NCBI GenBank assembly: GCA_002869165.1
Contig: PKTK01000001.1
Span: forward strand, 29,006-93,005
Direction of reading: 5' to 3'
Origin: Candidatus Parcubacteria bacterium
GTDB taxonomy: Bacteria > Patescibacteriota > Patescibacteriia > Patescibacteriales > UBA12075
Length of the DNA: 64,000 bases
Shown here: positions 46,059-54,870 of the stretch, one piece after another
Position numbering within the stretch: the stretch's first letter is position 1
Layout: each line of letters begins with the position of its first letter
Program-made: the position numbers and the translations under genes
The notes under the pieces: generated by a model
What the model saw: only the letters and a program-made list of their open reading frames with translations
Database searches by the model: none
Told to the model about the DNA's origin: nothing

Positions 46059-46499
46059 ATGCGCAGTAAAACAAATGTCCTAGGGGTAAATAAAAGATTA
46101 TTTATTTACTTAGTCGGGATTGCTTTAACATTTTGTATCTTCATATTTCTTTTAAGCATCAATTTGATCGGCTATAGCGTAAAAGAAAAATGTAAAATTG
46201 CTCAAGATAAATACGCGGGCGATTGTGTGGAATCTTTGATTAGCTATCTGGATGATGAAAAAAATGGATATTATTCCCGTAATTCAGCAATTTGGGCACT
46301 TGGTCAATTGGGAGACGAGCGAGCAATGCCAGTCCTAAATAAATATCACACAGGCTATAATGGCGAAGTAATTAATAGAAGCGAAGCCTTGTCTCAATTA
46401 GAAATTGAAAGAGCGATTGGGTATATGGAAGGTAATTTAAATATAACAAAATTTTTTTGGTTGACTGAGGATGATATTGCCAGTAAAAAATCTGAATAA
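46059..46499 (+). CDS. Membrane-anchored HEAT-repeat protein
   Basis: N-terminal TM segment and the AIWALGQLGDERAMPVL HEAT/PBS-lyase-like repeat. Confidence 0.55.
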   Translation: MRSKTNVLGVNKRLFIYLVGIALTFCIFIFLLSINLIGYSVKEKCKIAQDKYAGDCVESLISYLDDEKNGYYSRNSAIWALGQLGDERAMPVLNKYHTGYNGEVINRSEALSQLEIERAIGYMEGNLNITKFFWLTEDDIASKKSE

Positions 46500-46663
46500 T
46501 GAGTAACTTTAAAAAGAAATAATTTTTATTTGTGTAATATTTTTATTCAATAATAATATTACAATTAATTGTATTTAAATATCCACTCGGTGTAATATTT
46601 AGCATTGCGAATGCCAACCTGATACCATTTAAAACTATTTTTGCTTGTATCAGGAAAACAACC

Positions 46664-46701
46664 AAGGCCAGGCCTCAAACCCTTTCGAGGCCTGGCCTTT
46701 T
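46664..46701 (+). terminator. GC-rich 13-bp-arm hairpin
   Basis: aaggccaggcctc / gaggcctggcctt followed by tttt. Confidence 0.5.
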
Positions 46702-46866
46702 GACAGTCTAGATTATGAACGCATCATCTACTAGCTTCAAGTCTGGATAGCAGAAATATACATTTAAATGTATATTTCTTTTTGGTTTGATAAATAATAG
46801 AGAAAATTGCATAATAAGTGTTTTGTTAGTGTTTGGGTAATTCTTGTCTAAAAAGGCCCATAAATA

Positions 46867-46895
46867 TTGACTATTTTATTGACTTGCTGTAAAAT
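46867..46895 (+). promoter_or_regulatory. Promoter of leader copy 2
   Basis: TTGACT, 17-nt spacer, TAAAAT. Confidence 0.55.
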
Positions 46896-46918
46896 AGAGG
46901 CGTATATTAAATAAAAAC

Positions 46919-46966
46919 ATGCTTAATAAAATTTTAATCTACATCGTCAAAAACCCTAACGACTAA
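46919..46966 (+). CDS. 15-codon leader ORF, copy 2 (MLNKILIYIVKNPND)
   Basis: See copy 1. Confidence 0.4.
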   Translation: MLNKILIYIVKNPND

Positions 46967-46971
46967 CAAGC

Positions 46972-46997
46972 GGCCGCCTATTTTGGGCGGTTTTTTT
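46972..46997 (+). terminator. Intrinsic terminator/attenuator after leader copy 2
   Basis: ggccgcc / ggcgg(tt) stem followed by T7. The PAAR gene starts 10 nt later. Confidence 0.7.
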
Positions 46998-47006
46998 ATT
47001 AAAACT

Positions 47007-48176
47007 ATGCCAAATACACACACTACTAAGAATACAGCACACATCTTAATCATATTTCTGTTTGCCATCTTCTTGAGCGGTTGTGGTATGTTCGACTTTT
47101 TAGATGCTGAGATGAACAAGGCTATAGAGAAGAAAAATCCAAAGTTGTGCTTGAAAATGACAGAAGACCAGGCTAGAAGAGAAAGATGCTTGAGTGCAGT
47201 AGCTGAGGTCAAAGAGGACGCGAGTGTTTGTGACATGATAGAGACAGAAAACGAAAAGGATAAGTGCTTCTCGGGCATTGCGATTAAAAAAGAAGATGCA
47301 AATATTTGCGGTAGTATATCGGGAGATAATAGAAAAGGGTCATGCTACAGCCAAATTGCTAAGAGCTCACAAAACGAAGAGCTTTGCGAAAAGATCCCAG
47401 GCAAAAGTATGGTCGGGGATTGCTTCCAGAGTATCGCTGTAGAGAAAAATGATGAAAATATTTGTGCACGGATCAAGGACACATTTTCTGGTCCTCGATG
47501 TTTCGTATTGCTAGCAAAGCAAAAAGTGGATGTATCAATTTGTGACAAGATCGAAGGTCGGGACTCTCATGTGAGTGACTGTATCCAGGGAGTAGCAGAG
47601 CAGAAGAACGACGAATCACTTTGCGCGCAAATAGAGAAATCAACTTACAGCGATAGTTGCTACGCCAGCTTAGCCTCGCTAAAACAGGACGCCTCGATAT
47701 GTGCTAGTATCGAACAAGAGAGAAAAAGAAATTCTTGTTATGAAAACCTCGAAGCTAGCCCCGAGGCTCTAGCAGAAGAAGAACAGGCTGAAGAAGAGGG
47801 AGATGAAAAATACGGCATCATCGAAAAGGACGGGAAAGTGTATATAAAATCAAAACCTGGAGAGGTTCTCAGTATAAGTAGCAGTGATTTGCCAGACTGG
47901 GCAAATGCCCAAATGGTAGTGGTGGGGGCAAGTGCTGTTTGTGTTGGCCCACCAAGTACAATTAGCTCGGGAGACTCCAATGTTCTTCTCAATGGACTGC
48001 CAGTAGCGAGAAAAGGCGATGAAACTTCTCACGGAGGGAGTATAACAGAGGGTTCTGACAAAATATTTATAAACGGAGTCCCAGCCGCCTTTGTCGGCGC
48101 ACAAACAGTCTGCCCCATGGTAAGCCCAGGCCCAGTCCCGCATGTGGGTGGACCTATATCAAATAATGGTTATTAA
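47007..48176 (+). CDS. Two-Cys-repeat lipoprotein with a C-terminal PAAR-like domain (family member C)
   Basis: Lipobox FLSGC, then the same Cys repeats, then an acidic linker. The C-terminus reads VCVGPPSTISSGDSNVLLNGLPVARKGDETSHGGSITEGSDKIFINGVPAAFVGAQTVCP. The track start at 46983 lies inside the terminator. Confidence 0.75.
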   Translation: MPNTHTTKNTAHILIIFLFAIFLSGCGMFDFLDAEMNKAIEKKNPKLCLKMTEDQARRERCLSAVAEVKEDASVCDMIETENEKDKCFSGIAIKKEDANICGSISGDNRKGSCYSQIAKSSQNEELCEKIPGKSMVGDCFQSIAVEKNDENICARIKDTFSGPRCFVLLAKQKVDVSICDKIEGRDSHVSDCIQGVAEQKNDESLCAQIEKSTYSDSCYASLASLKQDASICASIEQERKRNSCYENLEASPEALAEEEQAEEEGDEKYGIIEKDGKVYIKSKPGEVLSISSSDLPDWANAQMVVVGASAVCVGPPSTISSGDSNVLLNGLPVARKGDETSHGGSITEGSDKIFINGVPAAFVGAQTVCPMVSPGPVPHVGGPISNNGY

Positions 48177-48451
48177 TCTATAGTGGGGGGTGAAACTGGT
48201 TTTGGAGAGGTTTGATTTATTTGATGATAGGTGTTTTTTATGATATAGGTATGAGTAATGTTAAAACACAAGATCTGACATCTGTTAATCAAGAACATTA
48301 TAATTCTAGACCTGACACTTATTTGAATGAGGAGATTAAGAAACAATTAGGTAAAATTGAGTTTAAAATTTAGAAAATGACTTATCCACTTTGTTTTTCT
48401 GACATAGGGAAAACGTTAAAATTAATAAATTTTATAAATATAATCAATTAT

Positions 48452-48838
48452 ATGAAAATAGAAAATAAAGAGAAGCCCACTAAAGAAATAATGGATAAAT
48501 ATTGTAATAAAATAGAACAATACTTATCTGCTCATGGGGTAAAAATAAAAATTGAGTTATACGATATACCGAGTGAAATGGTTGTTAGTGTTGGTGGATC
48601 AATGATCAAAAAAAAGTTGATTTGGATTAAACAAGTTCAAATAAATAGTCAAGCTACAGGTGATATGTCAGTAAAATTACACAGAAGAAGCCTTACAGAT
48701 GATATTACAGAACATGACATATGGAGGGATGCCTGGTATATTCAAGAGCAGATATATAAAAAATTAGGCATAGTTCCAGATATTAATAACAAAGAAGAAG
48801 GGTATTGGCATCTATGGGAACAAAAATATAAAGTATAA
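48452..48838 (+). CDS. Hypothetical protein, first gene of the TIR operon
   Basis: ORF only. Ends 11 nt before the TIR gene. Start taken at MKIENKEK. Confidence 0.45.
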   Translation: MKIENKEKPTKEIMDKYCNKIEQYLSAHGVKIKIELYDIPSEMVVSVGGSMIKKKLIWIKQVQINSQATGDMSVKLHRRSLTDDITEHDIWRDAWYIQEQIYKKLGIVPDINNKEEGYWHLWEQKYKV

Positions 48839-48849
48839 TGTTTTGATAT

Positions 48850-49728
48850 ATGAGTGCAAAAAAATACAAAGTAGCACTTTCTTTCGCTGGTGAACAAAGG
48901 GATTATGTAGAAAAGGTTGCTAATAGTTTGAAAGAAAAGGGGGTCGATTTTTTCTATGATAGGAACAATGAGATAGAAATGTGGGGAGGAAGTTTAGTGG
49001 AATACTTTGAGAAAGTATTTAAGAATGAGTCTGATTATATAGTGTTGTTTTTGTCAAAAGAGTATGCAGAAAAAGCGTGGCCAAGCTTTGAGCGTGAGGT
49101 TGCTTTGGGACGTTGGATATTTGAAAAAAGATGTATCTTTCCTGTACGATTTGACAAGACAGAAATTCCAGGTTTACCGGACACAATTTCTTATTTGAAC
49201 ATAAAAAATCTTTCACCTGAGGAGTTGGCAGATGCAATTATGACAAAGATTGGAATTAAGTATGACACTGCAAAAGAAAAAACCATGCAAACAGAAAAAT
49301 CAGTCGATTTTAGAGTGCCAAAAAAGAAAGTTAATATAAATCCATACAAGGAACGTAATAATTTTATTGCATTTGTAACAAAAGAGTTGGAGCGTAGATG
49401 TGAAGTAGTGGATGGATTAGATTTTTATAGTGAGGATGTTGGTGATAAGGTAAGCGTCAGAATATTAAGCCAAGGTGATGATTTGTACTCCATTGATATT
49501 CATAAGAATGGCTTATCGAATGATAATGGAGTATCTTTTTCATATGGTCAGGGGAGTTTACAAGCAAGCGGGTTTAATGCGCATGGAAATTTTGAATGGG
49601 ATACGGAGAAAGAGGAAGTTGTTTTGAACTACACTAATTTCAGTGTCTTTAAAAACGGAGAAGAGAAGATAACTTTTTTAGAGTATTGTGATCAGGTTTG
49701 GGACACAATAATTGAATTACTTGAGTAA
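48850..49728 (+). CDS. TIR-domain protein with an unknown ~150-aa C-terminal domain
   Basis: KVALSFAGEQRDYVEKVANSLKEKGVDFFYD...VLFLSKEYAEKAWPSFEREVA matches the bacterial TIR pattern. Confidence 0.7.
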   Translation: MSAKKYKVALSFAGEQRDYVEKVANSLKEKGVDFFYDRNNEIEMWGGSLVEYFEKVFKNESDYIVLFLSKEYAEKAWPSFEREVALGRWIFEKRCIFPVRFDKTEIPGLPDTISYLNIKNLSPEELADAIMTKIGIKYDTAKEKTMQTEKSVDFRVPKKKVNINPYKERNNFIAFVTKELERRCEVVDGLDFYSEDVGDKVSVRILSQGDDLYSIDIHKNGLSNDNGVSFSYGQGSLQASGFNAHGNFEWDTEKEEVVLNYTNFSVFKNGEEKITFLEYCDQVWDTIIELLE

Positions 49729-49732
49729 GTAT

Positions 49733-50656
49733 ATGAAATTTTCAAAAGAGTTTAAAATTATATATTGGTTAGTATTAGTAGTATAATTGTCTGGCTATAT
49801 AGTTTTTAGATTTGTTAATAGCTCTTTTGATAATTCAAATAATATTGATTCGCTTGTTTTGATCTTTTGGTTTGCATTAATTGTTTTTCCTCTTATTAAA
49901 GAAATTAATATATTAGGAGTAAGTTTTAAAAGGGAGATTGAGGACGTTAAAAGAGAAGTGCGAGATTCTGTAAATAATTTAAAAATGGATTTAAGAAATA
50001 ATGTAAATGTAAATCCAAATATAAATATCTATTCTCAAAAAGCAAGTGATGATGAAAAGGAAGCAAAAATAAAAGAAGATATATTGGAAGAAATTACAAC
50101 CGAGGCAAAAAATGAGGTTGATTGTGATGATAAGCTTGATATTACTGAAAAGGTTATGGTTAGGATAGGTGAAAAGGAAGATAAAGCAAAAGGCAAGTTT
50201 TTTGACAAGGATAGATACGATAAAATAAAAATGACAGAAGACTTGATTATGGGGTACTTAAATGATAGGTACGGTGAGAAATTTGCTCCATATGTAAAAC
50301 TAGAAACATCAACAGGAAAAAAATTAATAGTAGACGGTGCAGTATTTGAAGATGGTCAGTTTACTAAATTTATCGAGATCAAATTAATTTCTGGAAAGGG
50401 ATTTGATAATTTTAAGTACATTGCGGGGAGATATTTAAGAAAGCTTAACAATTTTGGTTTAAAGGTGCCTATGTTGTTTTTACTAGTATCTGAATCTATA
50501 GACGAAATTAAAGCGCTTGAAATAAAAGATGATTTAAATTTCTTATGTTATACAAATAGAACTGGACGAGGAGATAAATTTAATGTTGTAGATATCGAAT
50601 TTTTTAAATTAGATGGTGAAAAAATTATTAAAGTTGAACCAAAATCAAAAAAATGA
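49733..50656 (+). CDS. TM, coiled-coil and PD-(D/E)xK-like nuclease-fold protein, with an in-frame TAA at 49784-49786
   Basis: ATG lies 4 nt after the TIR stop. MKFSKEFKIIYWLVLVV-TAA-LSGYIVFRFV reads as one TM helix. The C-terminus carries IVDGAV...FIEIKL (D...ExK). Confidence 0.55.
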
Positions 50657-50773
50657 ATAATTGAAAAAAAACAAGATTAGAGGATATTGCCAAGGCTATA
50701 GACATTTTACACAGGACACCGCCATTAAAAAAAGGAAAAACAGAGCTAGGCTCCGTTCTCCCCATGTTTTAGC

Positions 50774-50917
50774 TTATTTTTTCTTTCTCCTGTTTGGAGT
50801 TTGAGACAGCGCGCTTCCAGCCGCTGTTTTTGATTTGCGACTAGTACGTTTGTCTCGGAGTACGTTACTAGAAGCGCTTGCAGCACGTTTGCTAGTAACT
50901 TTTTTTGAATTTTTCAC
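50774..50917 (-). CDS. 47-aa basic Ser/Ala-rich small protein (GTG start), tentative
   Basis: KNSKKVTSKRAASASSNVLRDKRTSRKSKTAAGSALSQTPNRRKKK. G/C-richer than its surroundings. Confidence 0.3.
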   Translation of the reverse strand: MKNSKKVTSKRAASASSNVLRDKRTSRKSKTAAGSALSQTPNRRKKK

Positions 50918-51050
50918 TCTGTTTTTGTTTTGGTAATCTAACACCCTAGCCTCAAGATTGGTTTATTAACTCGTCACCAGGGAACGATAGACGCGTCTTA
51001 AGTTCATTTTAACAAAATCGTGCTACAGTGTCAATATTATTTACACACAG

Positions 51051-51079
51051 TTGACAAAAATATTTACAGTTGCTATAAT
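51051..51079 (+). promoter_or_regulatory. Consensus sigma70-type promoter of the TA operon
   Basis: TTGACA, 17-nt spacer, TATAAT. Confidence 0.7.
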
Positions 51080-51101
51080 TTGGGTAATTAAAGAAATATA
51101 T

Positions 51102-51794
51102 ATGATAAAAGCTAAATTTATAGAAAAATTGAGAATTAAGAATGATTTAAGTAAGGCAGAAGTTGCTAATGTAATAGGAGTTTCTCGTCCTACTTATATG
51201 CAGATAGAGAAGGGGGCAAGGGAATTGACCGTTTCTGAGGCTAGCAAATTAGCTAAGCTTTTTGATATTGATTTGAATGATTTGCTTTTAAGTAAAGAAT
51301 CCTCTAGGCAAGTAGTTATAGAGAAGGATAATTCAGATACTAAAAAATCTGATATTAAGATTCGCATACAAGAAAAAGATATAGAGAAGTTTAAACAGGT
51401 TTTTTTGTATATTATTTCCAAAGTTGGGGCTAAGCCAAATGTTGGGCAGACTGTGATCTATAAGTTGCTTTATTTTATAGACTTTGATTTCTATGAGAAA
51501 TACGAGAAAAACTTGATGGGGCTTAGATATATCAAGAATCATTATGGCCCTACTCCGGTTGAGTTCAAAACAGTAGTTGACGAAATGGAGCGAGAAGGTG
51601 ATATTGAGAGAGTGAAGTCTAAACATTTCCAATATGAACAGAAGAAATATTTGCCAGTTGTTGCACCTGATATAAGTGCTTTGTCAGCTGAGGAGATTAA
51701 GCATATCGATGAAGTAATTGCGAAGTATTCTTCAAAAACCGCAAAAGAACTAAGTGATTATTCTCATAGTGATACTCCTTGGATGATACATTAG
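51102..51794 (+). CDS. XRE-HTH plus DUF4065/Panacea-domain antitoxin (PanA-like), ending at an in-frame TAG; the frame continues to 51875
   Basis: HTH region SKAEVANVIGVSRPTYMQIEKG and Panacea-like region VIYKLLYFIDFDFYEKYEKNLMGLRYIKNHYGPTP. After the TAG, NGEEISYESVFYR... runs on to overlap the toxin start. Confidence 0.75.
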   Translation: MIKAKFIEKLRIKNDLSKAEVANVIGVSRPTYMQIEKGARELTVSEASKLAKLFDIDLNDLLLSKESSRQVVIEKDNSDTKKSDIKIRIQEKDIEKFKQVFLYIISKVGAKPNVGQTVIYKLLYFIDFDFYEKYEKNLMGLRYIKNHYGPTPVEFKTVVDEMEREGDIERVKSKHFQYEQKKYLPVVAPDISALSAEEIKHIDEVIAKYSSKTAKELSDYSHSDTPWMIH

Positions 51795-51864
51795 AACGGA
51801 GAAGAAATAAGTTACGAATCAGTTTTCTATCGTGACGATGATCATTCCGTAAGAGATTACGAGG

Positions 51865-52212
51865 ATGAAATTTAATGAGACTAACGAATTCAAAAAAGAC
51901 TACAAAAAGCTTTCAAAGAAATTTAGAACTTTGAAGAAGGATTTGGATACATTCATTAAACTTTTGAAGATAAATCCTCGGGGAAATAGTCGACATTTTG
52001 TCAGTCTTACGGAAACAGATGTTTGTGTTGTGATAAAGGCTAGATTGTTTTGTCAAAGTCTTAAGGGTAAATCATTGCGAATCGTGTATGCTTATAACAA
52101 AAGCAGTGAAGAGTTTGATTTGATTAAGATAGATTTTATAGAAGTGTTTTTCAAAGGTGATAAGGCAAGGGAAGATAAAAAAAGAATTATAAACTATATA
52201 GATAGCAAATAA
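51865..52212 (+). CDS. RelE/ParE-superfamily toxin
   Basis: FKKDYKKLSKKF...LRIVYAY...FFKGDKAREDKKRI pattern. Confidence 0.6.
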   Translation: MKFNETNEFKKDYKKLSKKFRTLKKDLDTFIKLLKINPRGNSRHFVSLTETDVCVVIKARLFCQSLKGKSLRIVYAYNKSSEEFDLIKIDFIEVFFKGDKAREDKKRIINYIDSK

Positions 52213-52214
52213 AT

Positions 52215-52237
52215 ACGTCTAAGAGGGACGTTTTTTT
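52215..52237 (+). terminator. Short terminator after the toxin gene
   Basis: acgtc / gacgt stem followed by T7. Confidence 0.5.
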
Positions 52238-52260
52238 GCCTTAATAATGGGGAAGGAATT

Positions 52261-52980
52261 ATGAAAATTTTAAATATAAAAAAGAAGAAGCAAGTGCAAG
52301 TTATTGGAAGATTTTTTTTGATATTTTTTGTTCCGGTATGTTTATATTTTTTTGTTTGTTTTTATGTTTTTTCAGCATTTTATTATTCTAAAGTGGATTT
52401 ACAGACTGATATGGAAAATAAGTGGTCAGATAATTCTGAAGTATACAAAGCAGCCTCTGGTAACTTGGATGAAAGTTTAAAAATAAAAAAAGACAATATA
52501 AAGAAAGTTTGTGGACTTCTTGGTGAAAGCTCCTTCTTTGTGAAGTATAAACTTACAGCCAGGAATAAGGTCTATTTAACTATCGAGGAATTAAAACAAG
52601 GGAGAATTTCAATGTTAAAAAAGATACCTATATCGGTTGGTATTGATTCAGATGGTTATGATTTTGTTATCATACCCCCAAGTGAAAAAGTTGTTTTAGA
52701 GAAAGATTTTAATATTAAAAACCTAGACTTAATTTTTAATAACAATGAAGTTGGGTACAATTATGGGGACAACAAATCTGTTTTTGATAGATATGTGAAT
52801 ATAGTGAATGCAGAAGGAAGACAATTTAAATATAAAATAAACGGGAGAGTTTATTTGTCCATGACACCGATAACTAGTACAACATTGATGCTTCCGTTTT
52901 TTATTTTTATAGCTTGGATCGGTTTTTTGAAAGTTTGTCAGGAGTCTTTAAAAATGTACAAAGAAGGTATATTTAAATAG
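52261..52980 (+). CDS. Hypothetical membrane protein (N- and C-terminal TM segments)
   Basis: ORF with hydrophobic ends. No family recognised. Confidence 0.5.
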   Translation: MKILNIKKKKQVQVIGRFFLIFFVPVCLYFFVCFYVFSAFYYSKVDLQTDMENKWSDNSEVYKAASGNLDESLKIKKDNIKKVCGLLGESSFFVKYKLTARNKVYLTIEELKQGRISMLKKIPISVGIDSDGYDFVIIPPSEKVVLEKDFNIKNLDLIFNNNEVGYNYGDNKSVFDRYVNIVNAEGRQFKYKINGRVYLSMTPITSTTLMLPFFIFIAWIGFLKVCQESLKMYKEGIFK

Positions 52981-53125
52981 TTGTGGCAAGTTTTCTGGAT
53001 TCCTATCTTCGCAGGAATGACAGGGGTGAGATATTAATGTAGAAATCGCCATAATAGGCGATTTTTGTTATAATTAGATTATGATAATAATTAAAAAAGA
53101 AATATACATTTAAATATACATTTTT

Positions 53126-53296
53126 ATGCGTAGAAAAGTTGAAGAACAAAATGTTCGTAAAATTTATAGGCACGGTGATAGTCGTGCTGTGACCTTGCCA
53201 GCCGAAATCCTCCGTGAGCTTGGGTGGCGGGATAATCAAAAAGTAGTCGCAAAGAAATATGGAAAGGGGATTTTGATCACGGATTGGGAGGAGTAG
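53126..53296 (+). CDS. AbrB/SpoVT-MazE-type small DNA-binding protein, 56 aa (not in the track)
   Basis: MRRKVEEQNVRKIYRHGDSRAVTLPAEILRELGWRDNQKVVAKKYGKGILITDWEE. Confidence 0.6.
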   Translation: MRRKVEEQNVRKIYRHGDSRAVTLPAEILRELGWRDNQKVVAKKYGKGILITDWEE

Positions 53297-53493
53297 GACA
53301 GTTTGGTGTGACTATCAGACTGCTTCGCTGAGTTTATGTTTGCGAAGGCGGGTGCTCGCAATAACAGGAGAGAGGATTGGGAAGAATAGTCATAAATTCT
53401 CTTTCCTGGCTATCGTTCACCCCCCCCCGCATGAAGACGGGGTAGGCAGGGATGATAAGAAGGGGGAGTTATATAATAAATTTCTTATTAAAT

Positions 53494-54438
53494 ATGGAAA
53501 AGTTAAATATAGTAGGTCAAAATTTAGATCAATCTGATATCGATGCAGCTAGTGATTATATTAAAGGAGAGAGAAAGAGACTTACAGGTGCTAGAATTGA
53601 GGGGTCATATGAAAAAGAGGATTCTGATAAGGAGATAATTAATTTTGCTAATAATTTATTGAATAGCGAATTAAGTGAGCTTGGAGAGGCAGAGCTAGAG
53701 GATTTGGAAAATAAAGTATATTTATTTCCAGATAATAAATTTCGGGAGATCTTTGATGGTGCCGATCGTGCATTGTATGACAGTATAAATGACTCAATTG
53801 CTATAAATCTTGATGAAAATATTGATGATCTAGACTATTTGTCTAAGATTCTACATGAAGCTATTCATAAGTGTTCTTATAATAAATTTTTTTTGGATAA
53901 AGAGGATAATCATATTGCTGTTGCTAGAAGTGGTTATAAAAATAGTTCTCAAAAAGAAGGGGTATATTTTCGTGGTTTCAATGAAGTTGTTACCGAGAAG
54001 ATGAACCAAGATATTATGGAAAAAAATTGGGATGCTATAGTTAGTAAGCTGAATTTGAATGATGATATCATAGCTGCCTATAGAGAACGTAGATTGGATT
54101 ATCATGATTATATTGATGTAGTGGATGGTCTTGTAAATAAAATTGCTGATAAAAAAAGTGAAAGCAGTGAGAAAATATGGTTAAATATTAAAAAGGGTTA
54201 TTTAAATGGAGAGATGATGCATCTGCGAGAAATTGAAAAGGAATTTGGTCCTGGAGCATTGAGGTTTTTGTCATTGATGACCGAAAATCCAGATAATTTA
54301 GCTCATGAAGAATTGATGTTAAATATTAAAGGTTTTTTTGATACAGATGATCAAGATGAAAAAAATAAGTATGCACAGAAATTATTACCAAACAATGAGT
54401 ATAATAAATATTTAAACACGGTGACTCGCGTGCTGTGA
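53494..54438 (+). CDS. Hypothetical protein with an HExxH motif (ILHEAIHK)
   Basis: ORF only. Its last 7 codons run out of frame into the AbrB-gene fragment. Confidence 0.5.
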   Translation: MEKLNIVGQNLDQSDIDAASDYIKGERKRLTGARIEGSYEKEDSDKEIINFANNLLNSELSELGEAELEDLENKVYLFPDNKFREIFDGADRALYDSINDSIAINLDENIDDLDYLSKILHEAIHKCSYNKFFLDKEDNHIAVARSGYKNSSQKEGVYFRGFNEVVTEKMNQDIMEKNWDAIVSKLNLNDDIIAAYRERRLDYHDYIDVVDGLVNKIADKKSESSEKIWLNIKKGYLNGEMMHLREIEKEFGPGALRFLSLMTENPDNLAHEELMLNIKGFFDTDDQDEKNKYAQKLLPNNEYNKYLNTVTRVL

Positions 54439-54542
54439 CCTTGCCAGCAGAGCTCCTCCGTGAGCTTGGGTGGCGGGATAATCAGAAGGTTGTGGCGAAG
54501 AAATATGGAAAGGGGATTTTGATCACGGATTGGGAGGAGTAG
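54417..54542 (+). pseudogene. 5'-truncated second copy of the AbrB-type gene
   Basis: Encodes HGDSRAVTLPAELLRELGWRDNQKVVAKKYGKGILITDWEE with no start codon. It is part of the 144-nt repeat 53171-53314 / 54417-54560. Confidence 0.65.
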
Positions 54543-54810
54543 GACAGTTTGGTGTGACTAGGGCGCTTCAACAAATTATAAATAAAAATAAGTATTTACT
54601 TTCTGATACTGGAGGTAATATGAGTAAAAGTTTTTTATATTATCTTATTAAAAGAAAGGTTAAATGATCTAGACTGGAGAGAAAAGTAGGAATTGGTTGT
54701 TGAGAGAAAAAGAGGAAGAGTGTTTATCCGGAATTTACGGAAGAAATGGGGGGGGTGTTAAGTGGATTAAAATTTCAAAATATATAACTCAGCTTCGATA
54801 AAAGTCTAAT

Positions 54811-54843
54811 AAAAAAAACCGGGAGGATGTTGTTTCCTCCCGG
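54811..54843 (-). terminator. Intrinsic terminator of the minus-strand lipoprotein operon
   Basis: ccgggagga / tcctcccgg stem with a T8 run on the minus strand. Confidence 0.8.
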
Positions 54844-54870
54844 CTTTAATGCAGGTAAATAATTTCTGCA

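Noticed and set aside
46983-47006. Extended 5' starts given by the ORF track: 46983, 51051, 35732, 49787, 59571, 59947, 30656, 55908, 24377.
   Set aside because: The extensions run through terminator hairpins or -35/-10 boxes, or lack an RBS. Internal ATG starts with signal peptides or RBSs fit better, so the coordinates were trimmed in the feature list.
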